The notes: generated by a model from the letters alone, not told the origin. 64,000 nt of DNA from Octopus vulgaris (GCA_951406725.2 OX597827.1:34782001-34846000), one strand, 5' to 3'; shown: positions 10,164 through 25,145, counted from the stretch's first letter. Numbers and translations are program-made.

Positions 10164-10889
10164 CTAGCGGACGTACCCAGTAATTCCTGAGAAAGCAGGG
10201 CTTATTCTTAGGTTCCGTTCTCATAATTGTTTCGCTAATCCAATAACAACAATACAAAATATGTAGCCTTGAGAACGGCTTTTGTGCATTTACAGAGAAT
10301 ACCGAACTGTCTTATACAGGATCTTGTTTTTAGGAATTCCCAATAAGTTATGAATACCCAAATTGTGAAATCAGTTTTGTAATAACATGAAATTAGTTAC
10401 CCGATAATAAGAATTCAAATAAAGTAGCCCCGAAAAGGGCTTTAATGCGTTCCCAAAGTATATAGAACATAGGAGGAAATACTAATAAGGTATGTATACT
10501 AAAATTGTGAAGCATATTACGTAATAACAGGCTAATCAGATATGAGATAATAACAATTCAAAGTAAATATCTCTGAAAAGGGCTGTTGTGCGCTCCCAGA
10601 GAATATTACCCTTAGAGGCGCTGGTGTAGGTATATTCGTGAATAAGTCACTAACTGAAATAAGTGGATCTATTGTTTAGGAAAATACTATTTACTTGTTT
10701 AATAGCTGTACAGGATAAATTGCGAAAATAACTTTAACCGTTCTATTACTAAGAAATAAGCATACTCAATTTCATTTTTACCAAATAATTTAGGAAAAGG
10801 AATAGGTTACTTCCCTTGGCTATATACAAGAATCCCTTCTAGGGGTGAATGGGTTATTTCCCTTGGTTTTTAAAATAAAATATATTAGA
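10164..10889 (-). mobile_element. Non-autonomous Helitron with internal degenerate ~150-bp repeats
   Basis: Minus strand begins A|TC at 10889 and ends CTAG|T at 10164; subterminal degenerate hairpin CCCAG..CTGAG; three related units near 10240, 10400, 10545. Confidence 0.65.
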
Positions 10890-11639
10890 TATATATATAT
10901 ATAAGGATCTCTTTCAGGGGCCCTATTATCGATTTCTTTTCATCAATCTGAGTATGCCATGAGGTTTCCAGACATGTGTTCTAGTTACGTGTGAAGTTTT
11001 ATCAAAATCGATAAAAGGATGTAGGAGGAGTTAGCTAACAAGTACACAAACACACCCACAGACAGAATTTCCCACATATGTAATATATATATATATATAT
11101 GCACACACATATAATACACATATAATACATGTATATACATACACGTACACACACACTCACACACACACATACACAGATATAACATGTATAATATATAACA
11201 TATATGTGCTATGATACAGTTTATATGCTTGATATATCCAATATATTTATATTACATATTTCTGCATAAATACATATGATATGTAACATATTTACCTATA
11301 TATGATATGTTAGATCTATATGTGTGTATATGTTTATAGGAGTGTATTACATATAGCGCAATCACACATAATTCGCGTGTACGTTAACTTCAGTTTACGT
11401 ACCGAGAAAATTCCTGGTGAGATCTTGCACGTGATTTGTGCATGCTGCTTATAATAATGTTTATACTCTTTGTATGTATGTATGTATGTATGTATGTATG
11501 TATGTATGTATGTATGTATGTATGTATGTATGTATGTATGTATGCATGTATGTATGTACGAACGTATGTATACATACTAATGTATGTATTACCCTAAGTG
11601 TTTCTAATTTAGGTACGAGGCAGTCAGTTTTTTTTTTGT

Positions 11640-12285
11640 AGGAACGCTTTTGTTAGACCATCAGTTCCCGTACTTGACAAACACTTTATTTATCGACCGT
11701 GGAGGAATGAAAGCGAAGTTGGCAGCGGCATGATTTAAACTCAGAATGTAGAGCTGAAATACACACCGGAAAATAAATTTCCTATGCTCTAACGATTTTG
11801 CTAGCCTACACATATGAATAACAACAACAACAACAACAACAACAGTAATAATAAAAACCTTTCTACTATAGGCACAAAGCCTGAAACTTTGTGAGAGATG
11901 ATAAGTCGATTATATCGACCCCAGTGCTTTACTTGTACTTAATTTATTGACCCCGAAAGGATGAAAGGTAAAGTCGACCTCGCCGGAATTTGAACTCAGA
12001 ACGTAAAGACGGACGAAATGCCGCTAAGTATTTTGTTCGGCGTGCTAACGATTCTGCCAGCTAGCCTTAATAATAATAATCTTTTCTTTTCTAGGCACAA
12101 GGCCCGAAATTTTGGGGGCGGGTCGAGTCGATTATTCCAGTACGCAACTGGTGCTTAATTTATCGACCCTGAAAGGATGAAAAGCAAAGTCGACTTTGGT
12201 GGAATTTGAACTCAGAACGTAAAGGCAGGCGAAATACCACCAAGCATTTCGCCCGGCGGGCTAACGATTCTGCCAGCTCATCTTA
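11640..12285 (-). mobile_element. Three head-to-tail SINE family C copies separated by (AAT)n/(AAC)n
   Basis: Repeated ATCGACCCCGAAAGGATGAAAG..AAGTCGAC..GGAATTTGAACTCAGAACGTA..GCTAACGATTCTGCCAGCT. Confidence 0.85.
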
Positions 12286-12336
12286 ATAATAATAATGATA
12301 CGATAAAAATAACACTTTTCAAGTTTGTGAATTCTG

Positions 12337-12390
<54 letters not shown>

Positions 12391-12397
<7 letters not shown>

Positions 12398-12565
12398 GTA
12401 GAAAAATACAACATGGACAAGAACGTATAACTCTTAGAAGACGACACAATAAACATGGACAGGACATTCGAAACCCTCAGTCTTCAGTCAAGAACCGGAT
12501 CATCGTAGTAATTTCGGCTGATTAATCTTGAGATTACTAGATCACGGCCAGCCCTCCAGAAAATA
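12391..12565 (-). mobile_element. Small (~175 bp) element in (TA)n carrying a permuted hammerhead
   Basis: Unique block bounded by (TA)n on both sides. Confidence 0.6.
12477..12548 (-). ncRNA. Candidate non-circularly permuted (pseudoknotted) hammerhead ribozyme
   Basis: Minus: GCCGTGATC-TAGTAA-TC-TCAAGA-TTAA-TCAG-CC-GAAA-TTACTA-CGAT-GATCCGGT-TCTTGA-CTGAAGA-CTGA; stem III TAGTAA/TTACTA, stem I TCAAGA/TCTTGA, stem II TCAG/CTGA. Confidence 0.7.
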
Positions 12566-12579
12566 TATATATATATGTA

Positions 12580-12644
<65 letters not shown>

Positions 12645-12922
12645 CATTATTATTATTATTTTGCAATTCATGTGTATGCATTCATGTGTACGTGTGTGTG
12701 AGTATTGTGTATGTATTTATGTGTGTTACACGCTCATAAATGTATATATATGTATATATATATGCGAGCATGTATGTATGCTATATCTATGTGTATATAT
12801 GCATGTATGTATGTATGTATGTATGTATGTATGTATGTATGTATGTATGTGTGTGTGTGTATGTGTGTGTGTGTATGAGTGTGTATGTGTGTGTGTGTGT
12901 GCGTGTGTGTATGTGTGTGTGT

Positions 12923-12977
<55 letters not shown>

Positions 12978-13377
12978 AGTGTGAGTGTGTATGTGTGTGT
13001 GTATGTGTGAACACATCATTACATTCCGCTGTGTAACGAGTTGCCACACAATAAACCATCCTCTTTTCATCCATTTATTCCTCTTTCCTCGTCTGTGTCT
13101 CAGTCATTTATTCTCTGCAATTCTGTCTCTTCCGAAGCGAAGCAATCTACTTTCACTTTCATTACTCCCGCTCCTCCTACTATTATTATTACTTGCAGTA
13201 CGTCTATATTCTTTACTGCCTTCACCACAACTAGCAATATCAGCATCTACAAATACTACCACCACAACCACTATCAGCACCATCACCACCATCACCACCG
13301 CGACCACCACCACTACCACGTATATCGATATACCTCAATATTTCTACCGCTACTTCTGAACAATATCACAACCACCG

Positions 13378-13418
<41 letters not shown>

Positions 13419-13429
13419 GTGTTCATCAG

Positions 13430-13503
13430 TTGAGATTGTTGCTCTGCAAAGAAGGGACAGCACGCCTGGCCGCTGCGATGAAGCCAGAATATCGAAGGTA
13501 AGT
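13430..13503 (+). other. Putative exon end with consensus splice donor (possible 5' exon of the ZF gene)
   Basis: AAG|GTAAGT at 13497/13498 following a GC-richer unique stretch; link to the ZF gene is inference. Confidence 0.4.
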
Positions 13504-14915
13504 TAGAAGTGATTATTATTTCAGTCAGTGAGAAATGATTTTAGTGTTGGACAGAACTATAGCCAAGGCCGTTACATATTTTAATAAACATCCTTACTTT
13601 TGACACCGCTACTGTCTTTTAACAACGTTGCACTCGAAACCACCACCACCACCACCACAACTACTAATACCGTTTATAGGAGTACAACTACCACGACTAC
13701 CATCATCGTTCAAGTACCACGGCTAACACTACCACTTCTACTACCATTTCTAGTAACACCACAACCACCACTACCACCGTTTCTGGCACCACATCCACCA
13801 CTACCGTTTCTAACGCCACAACCACCACTACCATCACAACAACCACTGTTTCTACCACCACAACTACCACCGTTTCTACCACTGCTACCACCACTATCGT
13901 TTCTAGCAGCACCGCCACTACTTGCAAATTCTTGCACTACCGTCACCACTACCATCTCTTACTAGCTGCTATAACCACTGCTACCGCCATCATCATCATC
14001 ATTATCATCATCATCATCGTCATCTTTAATAGCTGAAGAAGCAACATGAGATTCCGATTTTTACCCAGTCCTACTACTGTCGTCTCTTACATCACCACCG
14101 CCACTACCACCACCATCACTACCACCACGACCAACAGCATCAACAGAAAAACTGTCACCACTCCCACCGTTGCCAATACTACCACTACAGCGACTGCTAC
14201 TAACATATCTGCCACCACTATCGTCAGCATCCGCATCACTGTCATCATCATCATCATCATCATCATATTCGTCATCACCTGCTCCAACGTCAATACCAGC
14301 ACCAGCATCACTACGACCACTATAGTTCTATTTATTACTAGCCATTACCACCACTACCACCACCACCACCACCACCACTACAATACCGCCGTCGCCGCTT
14401 CCGCAGTTACCGCCACTATCAATTATCACTTCCCACACCTTTACTACCACCACCATCACCACCACTATCACCATCATCAACACCACCTTTATCACTATTC
14501 TCTAACCCCCGTCGTTATAAACGCCCCTGTCACCACCATCACCTCCTCTTTTTCCATCATGATGTACATTTTTAGGGGGTTTGATGGAGGTGTTTTAGTG
14601 TGTGTGTGTGTGTGTGTGTGTGCGCATGCACGTGTGCGTGTGTGTAATGTAAAAATTTAATTAATTTTGTGATATTGGTGTTGATCATAATTATGGTGAT
14701 AATGATGAAAATGGTAATGAGGAAGGTTATACAAATCATAATGATGATGATGATGATAACTATAATGGTGGAATTGGAAATCCGTAAAGTAGTCAGTCAT
14801 TAACTGCCAGTTGCGCTCGACCTCTACTACGTTCCACAACACATCAGAGCTTCGAACTGTCATTCCAAACCACACCAAAGACACACGCAGACCGTCACCA
14901 CCACCATCACGTCCC

Positions 14916-14967
<52 letters not shown>

Positions 14968-14991
14968 GCACACACGTATGTATGTATGTAG

Positions 14992-15117
<126 letters not shown>

Positions 15118-15436
15118 CCTATCCTGTAATACTCATATATATATATATATATTTATATGTGTGTGTGTGTGTAATATACATATATACATATAGGTGACAT
15201 CGATACTTTTGGAGGGGCCGACATTGTTGGAAGGTACCGTGACCATGTCGACCCTTGATGAAATGAAATGAAATGGTATTATGTATGTATGTATGTATGT
15301 ATGTATGTATGTATGTATGTATGTATGCATGCATGTAAGTGGGCAAGCAAATATAAATTACACACACAAACATTATATATTTATACACACACATCGACAT
15401 CCATCTGTCTATCTATCTACCTCTCTATCTCTCTGT

Positions 15437-15475
<39 letters not shown>

Positions 15476-15520
15476 TTCTCTCCCTGCGTATACACACACA
15501 GACACATTATATACATATAA

Positions 15521-15583
<63 letters not shown>

Positions 15584-16396
15584 TACGTATATATATACAG
15601 ACACATATTTATACATACATACATAAATGCATACATGCATACATACATACATACATACATACATACATACATACATACATACATACATACATACATACAT
15701 ACATACGTACATACGTACATACGTACGTACATACATACATACATAAGCATATATATTAGTAAATGTCATACACGAAACTCTCGGCCTTCAAGTCGCTCAT
15801 CTTACTTTTGAGCGTATGTAAGTGCGTGTGTGTTTGTGTGTTGTGTCTCTGTGGCAGGTTTATAGTATGACAGCTATTGTTATAGTGTCTACTGAATTGT
15901 ATCTACTACATTCGTAGTAGTATATCTCTTCAAAAATAAACATTACTTAATCATTGTCTCTGACATTGTATTATCACACAAGAAAACAAACTATAACCAA
16001 ATATATAGTTCACGATTTTGCAACAACTGAATTATTATGAAGAAAATCAATTTTAGTAAATTAATTTTCAGTGAATTTATATACACACCACGCGACGAAA
16101 CCATGATTTGTGCTTTTGGAATCTCATACCCTTCAGGTCTTTTATGTCACCCTTCCATTATTCCGTCATTGACCCAGTGCTATATATCATTAAAGCTGTG
16201 AGCACTGTAACCTCAGAACAACTACTATTATGTTTCATAATTGGAAGACAAAAATATCAATTTTAATTCATGACTAGATTTCTCGAGTTAGCTTCATGTT
16301 TATATTTGCGATGAATTTAACATCTTTGTTGAATGCGCAGCTCTTCTCACCTTGCAGTACACCCAGAATATACGCACCCCAGTTCTCTCTCCCTAT

Positions 16397-16443
<47 letters not shown>

Positions 16444-17132
16444 AACATACATACATACTGTAAACAAATAAGAATGGACAGCTCAAGACATCAATATTTA
16501 CGTATCTTTCTGGAGTAACGTGTTAACCTTAATATACGTGTAAGCGCTTCTAAGTTAATTTACCAAGATCTTTCTGACCTCATTGCCTTATATATATTTG
16601 AATCGGCTCCTCTACTTTTTTAAAGCCTTGTACTATCCTATCGGTCTCTTTTCAGAGCCGCTAAGTTACAGGGACGTAAACAAACCAACACCAGTTGCCA
16701 AACGTTGGTAGAGAACAGAAAGGCACGTGCACGCAAGCACGCGCGCACATGCATGCGCGCGCATAAACACATGTACATACATGCATATATATATATATAC
16801 ATATAAACGTGTATACATACATATATACGCATCTATCTACACACACACACACATGCATACATACATACATACGCACATACGTACATACATACATACATAC
16901 ATACATACATACATACACACATACACACATACATACATATATACGTACATACCATGCTGTTGAAATTCCAAAGAAGGAGTCTTGAATCTAGGTTAGAAAC
17001 TGGCTCTTTCTCTATTGGTATGAAATCTTGAAATAAAACTAAATAACAATATACATACGTACATGCATACATACACACACACACATACACACGTGCATGC
17101 ACGCTCACACTCACATACACACACACACACAT

Positions 17133-17357
17133 ATTTCTTTATTGCCCACAAGGGGCTAAACATAGAGAGGACAAACAACGACAGACAAAGGGATTAAGTC
17201 GATTACATTGACCCCAATGCGTAACTTATTTAATTGACCCCGAAAGGATGAAAGGCAAAGTTGACCTCGGTAGAATTTGAACCCAGAACGTACCGGCAGA
17301 CGAAATACCACAAAGCATGTTGCCCGGCGTGCTAATGTTTCTGCCAGCTCGCCACTT
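17133..17357 (-). mobile_element. SINE family C
   Basis: Same body and tail as units at 25826-26608. Confidence 0.85.
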
Positions 17358-20339
17358 TATACACACATATATATACAGTCATCCCCTTTCTGTCATAGTC
17401 TTACAAGCCATCACAGAAATTTAAGCCTGGATTCACATAGGAACTCCTGTGTTTTAGTTCTCATAGGAAAATGAGAGAGAAAAATCCAGATATGGAAGCT
17501 AATATCTTTAATCAAGAGGCTTCAAAGTCAACTGAGCAAAGACTAAACTTTTAACTGACAGGACCCTGATATATTCTGGGAAATGACATTGCTTGATATG
17601 CAGAAAATAAGTAAGGTATAAATCATACGCTGTACCTAATGGGAGCAAGAAGTGTGGTAGAACTACAGGCATACTCAAAGAGAAATTAAGCTCCATATGT
17701 GACAGATGGACTAAAGCAAAATACACACACACACACACTCATACATACACATGCACACATATGCACAGATGCACACATACACGCATATACATAAAGTAAA
17801 CTGTAGGATGTGAGCAAAATAGTGATGGTCAGTTATGGCAATTAGTGAGTATAAACAGTTAAAAATGAAAGGAACTGGGAACAGACATATCAAATATGCA
17901 CCCCTACCCCTTTTTTATCTTTTATTCCAAAAATTTCTTCAGAAATTATGATTTTACCCCAAAGAACAGCTTTCAAAATTTCAAATACATACATGCTACA
18001 CTACAAATTTCTTTGCTTATCACACTGTGCAAAAATTGTTTAGGAAATTCCACAGGGAAAATATGGATATTATGATTTGGAAAAAAATTTTTTTTTCAAA
18101 ATTTCAACTTTGTTAAAATATCCTGTCTTCACCTAGCCTTTAATTCAGCTTTTGGAATACCAGTTAATCGCCATAGCAACAACCTGGACGTTTTTAAATT
18201 CAATTGTTCATTTTCACATGCGTGGATGCCTGTCAAACCAAGAAACAAAATCAGGGAGGTCTGCATATGGTCTAATAGATATGCTTGAAATAATAACCAA
18301 ATCTCTGAAAAATAATTGTTTTTCCAAAATCCAATTTTTTTAATCAGCCATTCCCCTGGTATATCAGAGTAACAGTAACCACTGCTCATGTGTTGATGTC
18401 TGTTGAACCAGCAGATGAAATGAGAGAGATCTCAATGTGGTCACTTGACATGCTAGAAATAACAGCCAAAACTCTGAAAAATAACTTTTTCCAAAACTTC
18501 ACTTTTTTTATAACATCTCCTCCCCTGGCTTTCAGAATGACAATACTTGCCCAACAGAAAAAAGGACAGCATCAACACTCTCCACAACTGACCTACACAG
18601 AAGGATTAGCTATATTCATTGCCCTCAAACTCTCTGTTAAAGGGAAAGCAAAATAGATAATGCATCCATGTAATCCTGCTTTCTTTGCCATTGTGTTAGA
18701 CAAGTTTTAAATGTTTCAAATTATCATTAAAACCAAAACAGGAATTTAATGTTTATTTATAAAATTAAAGATTCATTATTTTTCTCAGTAGGCACAGGCC
18801 TGGCTGTGTGATTAAATAGCTCACTCTGTAAATATGGAACACCTTGGGCAAGTGTCTTCTACTATAACCCCAGACCAACTACACAGCCTTATGAGTGAAT
18901 TTGGTTGATGGAAACTATATGGAAGCCCATCATGTGTGTGTGTGTATGTTTAAGATGTGGTGTATAATGTGAAGAAGGTTAATGTACTTGTGTATGAAGG
19001 TGTAGCCTGTCTTTAAAAATTTCAAAATGCTGAGCTACCTTTCACTCATGTTTTTCCAGCTAAAGCTGAGCTGACATTTTGTCATACAGAAACATGTGCT
19101 CATTGAAGGCAAAGTGATTAGAATGCCTAGAAATAAAAAAGCAGGAGTATTCTGTCAGCTAAGAAATAATGAGAGGTGAAAGGTGCATTGGGTTTAGTTA
19201 AGTCCAACTTCCCTAACTAAAAAAATGAAAACATATCTTCCTAAAGACAAATGATTTGACATCTATGCTCATGGAACTCCAGAAACCCAACACTTTTGTG
19301 CTCTTAATACCTAGAAACTTCCACTCCAGCACTCATGTCTTCTAAAAAGTTTGATCAACAAGCTTCCGTTCCCCAAATTGCACAAAATTTATTATCTTCA
19401 GAGTCAGAATAAACCATTGAGTATGATTTCAATTAGACATACACATAAGACAGTACTTTCAACAGAAAGAAAATAGCATTTCAAATTTAACCACATTATC
19501 TTCTCTTTAATTTAACCACATTTGTCTTCTCTTTAATTTTTCCTTATTTATTTTTCATCCAAAACCCTCTCTAAGAGCATAATTAAATTCAAATTCCAAC
19601 TCCAGCTGCAATATTTATAAGTTTCCACTTCTTGTTCTGTATTTTTCTAAGTTCAGCTAATTAAGAATATCATCACCCTTCCTACATCTGTATTTTCCTG
19701 CTAGCATATATAAATAATTAACCGTTGCTCCCTTGCTGCTGGTAAATGCCTTCTCCTTCTCTTTCCATAACATTCAAGTCTTATATCTTCTATTCAGGAG
19801 GGAAGGCAGTGTCCATGACACTTTATAGTATCTCCAAGACTAGTGGGAGGTAGGCAAGAAGGTATTCTCAAACTGGAAACCTGGTCTGAGTGCTTACAAC
19901 GAGCTTAACTCCACTAAAGACACTCAAGAACTGGTTGCCGTGTTAAACTGGGTGACAATTTCATTCTCTTATGCAAGTAGGCCATAGTGAGATTTGAACA
20001 TAGAGCACAAAGAGCTGGAAGAAATACTACAGACATCCTGTATGACATTCTTATTGTTTCATTAATCCCCTGTGCTGCATTGGCACCTTTTTATCAGCAC
20101 CTGGAAATAGTTTCTGTTATTTTGGTGGCTAGTTAGCAATGGTGGAGGTTGTATAGAAAGTATAGTAGCTGGAATGACTACAAACTGATGAAAGTTCAGT
20201 GAGTTACTACTTCTACTGGTAAAAAAAAGTTTCTATCTCAGTAAAAAGTAGTCAGTATGATGCCAGTACATGAACCACAATGCCACATGGTAGTGAGACA
20301 TTTGAATGCATTTCTTTCTAGTCTTTGCAGGATCAAAGA

Positions 20340-20690
20340 TTAGAAGAAAAAAAAAGCTGGCATGGTCTCCTGGATGTACAGTGTCAGTGTGCAAGTATGA
20401 CAGAGTGTAAATGTGTTGAGAGAAATACTGGGTTTAGGAGGAATCAGGTGTAGTGTACGAGAGAGAAGATTACATTGGTTTGGTCATGCTTATGGATAAG
20501 GATAGTTTTATAAATAAGTGCTGATTACAGTAGATGGTACCTGTTGTAAAGGAAGACCTAAGAGGACCCAGGAAGACATGATTTTGAGTTGGTATAGGCT
20601 AATCTTGGGATGTTGAACCTCATAGAGGAGGTGACAAAGGACTGAGATGAATGGGGATATGCAGTGCTCTAGAAGATCCTCCCAGTTATG
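20340..20690 (+). pseudogene. Degraded RTE LINE 3' fragment
   Basis: Translates RERRLHWFGH (RTE R(W)FGHV motif) followed by a GRPKRT-like segment. Confidence 0.55.
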
Positions 20691-21691
20691 TTAACATGGT
20701 CTCACTCAAGTTCAAAAGTATGTGCACATTATATATACACTTGGGTCACTCCCAGTATTCTTACCAAGCCTCACAGCTGCTTTTTCTTTTCCATCCCCTC
20801 ATTCAGATAACTGGGCCCTTTCCTTAAGCCCATTGTCATACCCCACCCATAGCTACTATCGTTTTTTCATTAACACCTGTTTTATCTATCTCTTAATCTG
20901 TGCCATATTCTTACCTTTACCCCACCCTTACTTTCATATTCCCACCACTCATCCCTCTATCACTATCCTATATAGTATTCTACTGCTGTAAATAATGAAA
21001 TCAGAACTTTTTACCACAAGTCATATCATATCACCACTCTCTGTTCTCTCAGTGACTCCCAGCTAATATTTTTCAATCATCCTTATCATCCTCCCCATTC
21101 ATGTTTGCCATTGATCACCCTCATTCCTGATCACTACTCCCTACATTCATCACTTCTAACCACCTCCACCCCATGCATGATCCATCTCTCACTCTCCCTC
21201 ATACACTTGCTATTTTACCCACCCCTGTTGATTCTCCTGTCTCCACACTCTCTTGTATTCGCCTTCTTGGATATGTTACCTTGAGGGTATTTCCTGGACT
21301 CTTATCACCTCTGTATTTAGTTCACTCTGTGACACCATTTTAACTAACCTCATCCACCCATGTAAAATGCAAAGTAACCATAAATTTCCTCCTCAACAAA
21401 CGTATCAACCCCTCACTTAAGTCAACCACTGTATCTCCTATTCTCCTTTTCAAGTAAAGGTTAGGGTCTTTAATCTTATGAATTACAAGGCAACCTTACT
21501 AGTGATGGTAGAAAAAAGAAAAGTAACTCAGTACATTCTGTAAAATGATTAAAGAAACCTGGAGCAATATGTGCTCCTGTACCCTGTTAGATTTTGTTTA
21601 AATGTCCAACAAGTATGGAAAGCAAACATAAAAGTTCTAATGATGGTTATGATGATAATGGTATATACATTTGGATCTGTTAAACTGAGTG

Positions 21692-21760
<69 letters not shown>

Positions 21761-21924
21761 GCGCAGGAGTGGCTGTCTGGTAAGTAGCTTGCTAACCAAC
21801 CACATGGTTCCGTGTTCAGTCCCACTGCGTGGCATCTTGGGCAAGTGTCTTCTGCTATAGCCCCGGGCTGACCAATGCCTTGTGAGTGGATTTGGTAGAC
21901 GGAAACTGAAAGAAGCCTGTCGTA

Positions 21925-21981
<57 letters not shown>

Positions 21982-22198
21982 TTGTGTGTCTGTGTTTGTC
22001 CCCCTAGCATTGCTTGACAACCGATGCTGGTGTGTTTACGTCCCTGTCACTTAGCAGTTCGGCAAAAGAGACCGATAGAATAAGTACTGGGCTTACAAAG
22101 AATAAGTCCTGGGGTCGATTTGCTCGACTAAAGGCGGTGCTCCAGCATGGCCGCAGTCAAATGCCTGAAACAAGTAAAAGAGTAAAAGAGTAAAGAGT
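21761..22198 (+). mobile_element. SINE family A, full length, young
   Basis: Complete head to (GTAAAAGA)n tail; very similar to 62769-63156. Confidence 0.92.
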
Positions 22199-22899
22199 AT
22201 ATGTATATATATATATATAATATAATAATTGATTGCATTCCCAATCAATTGCTTCCAGTTGTCTGATACCCAGGCCTTCCTTTTTTTACCTTATACCTCA
22301 GCCATGAAGACTTTGTCTGGAACATTTGGGACTTTACTTTGGATGGTATTTTTCTTTAACTTTTATATATACATAGGGACAGGTGTAGCTGTGTAGACAA
22401 ATATTGGCATAATGAATTCTCCCTAAAGACATACATACATATATATATATGTACATATACATATGCACACACACACGTGCACAAACACACACGTGCACAA
22501 ACACACACACACTTTATCTTTTATTTCTTTCAGTCACAAGACTGTGGCCATGTTCGAGTAATACTTTGAAGGATTTAGTCAAACGAATGAATCTCAGTGC
22601 TTGTTTTTGAATATGATACTTATTCTATCAGTCTCTTTCACTGAATGATAAATTACAGAGACAAACAAACTAATCCTGGTTGTCAAATGGGGGTAGTAAA
22701 ACAAATACAGACACAAAGACATATGTATTTATATATCTATCTGTCTATTTCTCTCTCACTCACTTTCTCTTTTGATACATATATATATATATATATACAC
22801 ACACATACACACGTGTGTGTGTGTGAGACAAACATCCTCACAGTTTCCTTCTATCGAATTCACTCCTCACAAGCAGGGCCATCTACATGTTTTTTGCTA

Positions 22900-24290
22900 G
22901 ATTAACTCTAAGGCCCTTTGATTCTAGACCTTACTTCCACTCCTGAAACTTCTCCTCTAGTTCTGATAGTGACTCAGCTATTAAAGCAAGGTCATCAGCA
23001 TGGAGAAGCTCCCAGGAGAATCCTGTCTTGAATTTCTCTGTTATTGCCTAAAGAACTATGATAAATAAGAGGGGGCTGAGGACTGGAATTCTTCACTATA
23101 CTCATTGCCAACCCTCACATTACCAATAGCATCCCTCTACATGGCTTGTACGGCTCTCACTAACCATTCATCTATCCTTAGTTTCTGCATTGACCACCAG
23201 ATAAGGGATCGGGGGACCCTGTGAAAGGTTTTCTCCACCTCAACAAAAAGCCAGGTACAGAGGTTTATCTTTGGCTAGGCATTTCTCCTGCAGCTGTCTT
23301 ACCAGAAATATAGCAGCAGTGGTGCTTCTCCCTGGCACAAACCCAAACTGCATCTCGTCTAAACTAACTCTCTCCCTAATTAGTTGGGCTATGATCCTCT
23401 TCATGACTTTCATCCCCTGATCCAACAAATTGATAACTGCTGTAATTATTTCTATCTAATGCATCACCTTTACCTGTGTAGCAGTTGACTATGGGTATGA
23501 CTCCTTCATGTATCACCTGATTGACTATACAAGTGACTATAGCCTACACTGCCAGATATTTTGAGCATCTCTTCAGTGATTCCTGATGGGCTGGAGGCTT
23601 TTCCTGTCTTCATACCCTTAATTGCTTTATCTACCAAGGTACTGTCAATTCAGATAGCTGGTCCCTCTGTTGGGTCGACATTCAGCAGACTCTCTTTCTC
23701 CCATTCATTCTCTTCATTTAGCAACCTTTCATAGTGGCATCTCCAAGTCTCTCTCTTTGCAGCCTCGTTTAATGCAGGTGAACCATCATCCATGCAGACA
23801 TATTTCTCTTCCATATCACAATTCTCTCTCACACACTGTCTTGCAACATGAAACACTTCAAGTCTTTTGTCCTTACAACGCAGAACTTTGGCAAATTTTT
23901 TCTTATCTGCTTCCCCTCTGGCTAAGTAAACCTGTCCCCTAGCTTCCCTTCTGGCAATCTGATACAGTCCCTTGCTACCACCACACTTCCAGTCCTTCCA
24001 TGCCTGTTTCTTTCCCCTAGTGACCCTGTCAACTACATCGTTCCACCACCACGTTACTTTAGGTCGAGAGGGGAATTTGCACCATCCATAGATCTGGTCA
24101 GTAGCCCTCAACAGGTTGTCCCATAGGAGCCTCCAGTTATCTTCCGCATTATGTGTTGCTGTTTCTTCCTCTTTTTTATCAAAAGCTCCAAGTAATACAT
24201 CTCTAAATCTCTCTCCATTCACAGAATCTTTAAGCTTCCAGACCCTTCTTTTCCATGCTGGTCATCTGGGCATTCATTTAACCCTGATAA
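22900..24290 (-). pseudogene. RTE-clade LINE fragment (RT region, disrupted)
   Basis: ORFs 23650-24222 (WWWND) and 23240-23428 (DEMQFGFVPGRSTTAAIFLVRQLQEK); same family as 56395-59145. Confidence 0.88.
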
Positions 24291-24735
24291 TCAAATAAAT
24301 AATAACATATGTAACGCGCTAACAATTAATCCATCATATGTTATTAATCATTTGATTATAATACACAAAGGAGATTCACGACTTGTTAGACGCCCTAGAG
24401 TATACCATCAACGTACTATTCAAAGTAACACGTGATTTGGACCAGTCCCCTAGGGTTGGTTTTCTCTGTGTACACAACTAGAATAGCCTATTTGATACTT
24501 ACCAACAATAGGCCGGAACCACAGGTTTATCCAACCTTACCTGGTGCATATCTTTTCAAGTACCTGATTCTATCTGAATCCTTATTTTACTATGTATATT
24601 ATGTATGCATGTATGTATGTATGCATGTATGGGCTAAAAAGTCACATTCAATCACAGCACCAGTAACAGTTAAGCTTCGTGTAATGGCCATACTCGATAA
24701 CGAGGGGGCAGCCATAATATGTATGTATGTATGTA

Positions 24736-25060
24736 GTGAAGGCATGTGGCTTACTGGTTAGGGTATTTGGCTCATGATCTCAAAGTCATGAGTTCAATTC
24801 CCTACGGCACATTGTGTCCTTGAGCAAGACACTTTATTTCATGTTGTTCCAGTCTACTCAGCTGGCGAAAATGAGTAGCACTTGTATTTCAAAGGGACAG
24901 CTTTGTCACACTCTGTATCACACTGAATCTCCCTAAGAACCACATTAAGGGCACACGTGTCTGTGGAGTGCTCAGCAACATGAATGTTAATTTCATGAGC
25001 AGGCTGTTCCATTGATCAGTTCAACTGGAATCCTTGTCATCATAACCAACAGTGTGCCAG
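24736..25060 (+). mobile_element. tRNA-derived SINE with CCTTGAGCAAGACACT central domain
   Basis: GTGGCTTACTGGTTAGGG..GAGTTCAATTCC head; tail shared with 3225-3385. Confidence 0.75.
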
Positions 25061-25103
25061 TTATATGTATATGTATGTATGTATGTATGTATGTCTGTTT
25101 GCT

Positions 25104-25145
<42 letters not shown>

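Noticed and set aside
13041-14971. Thr/His/Pro-rich ORFs
   Set aside because: Cryptic CAC/TAC/CAT triplet repeats, open in several frames, no domain
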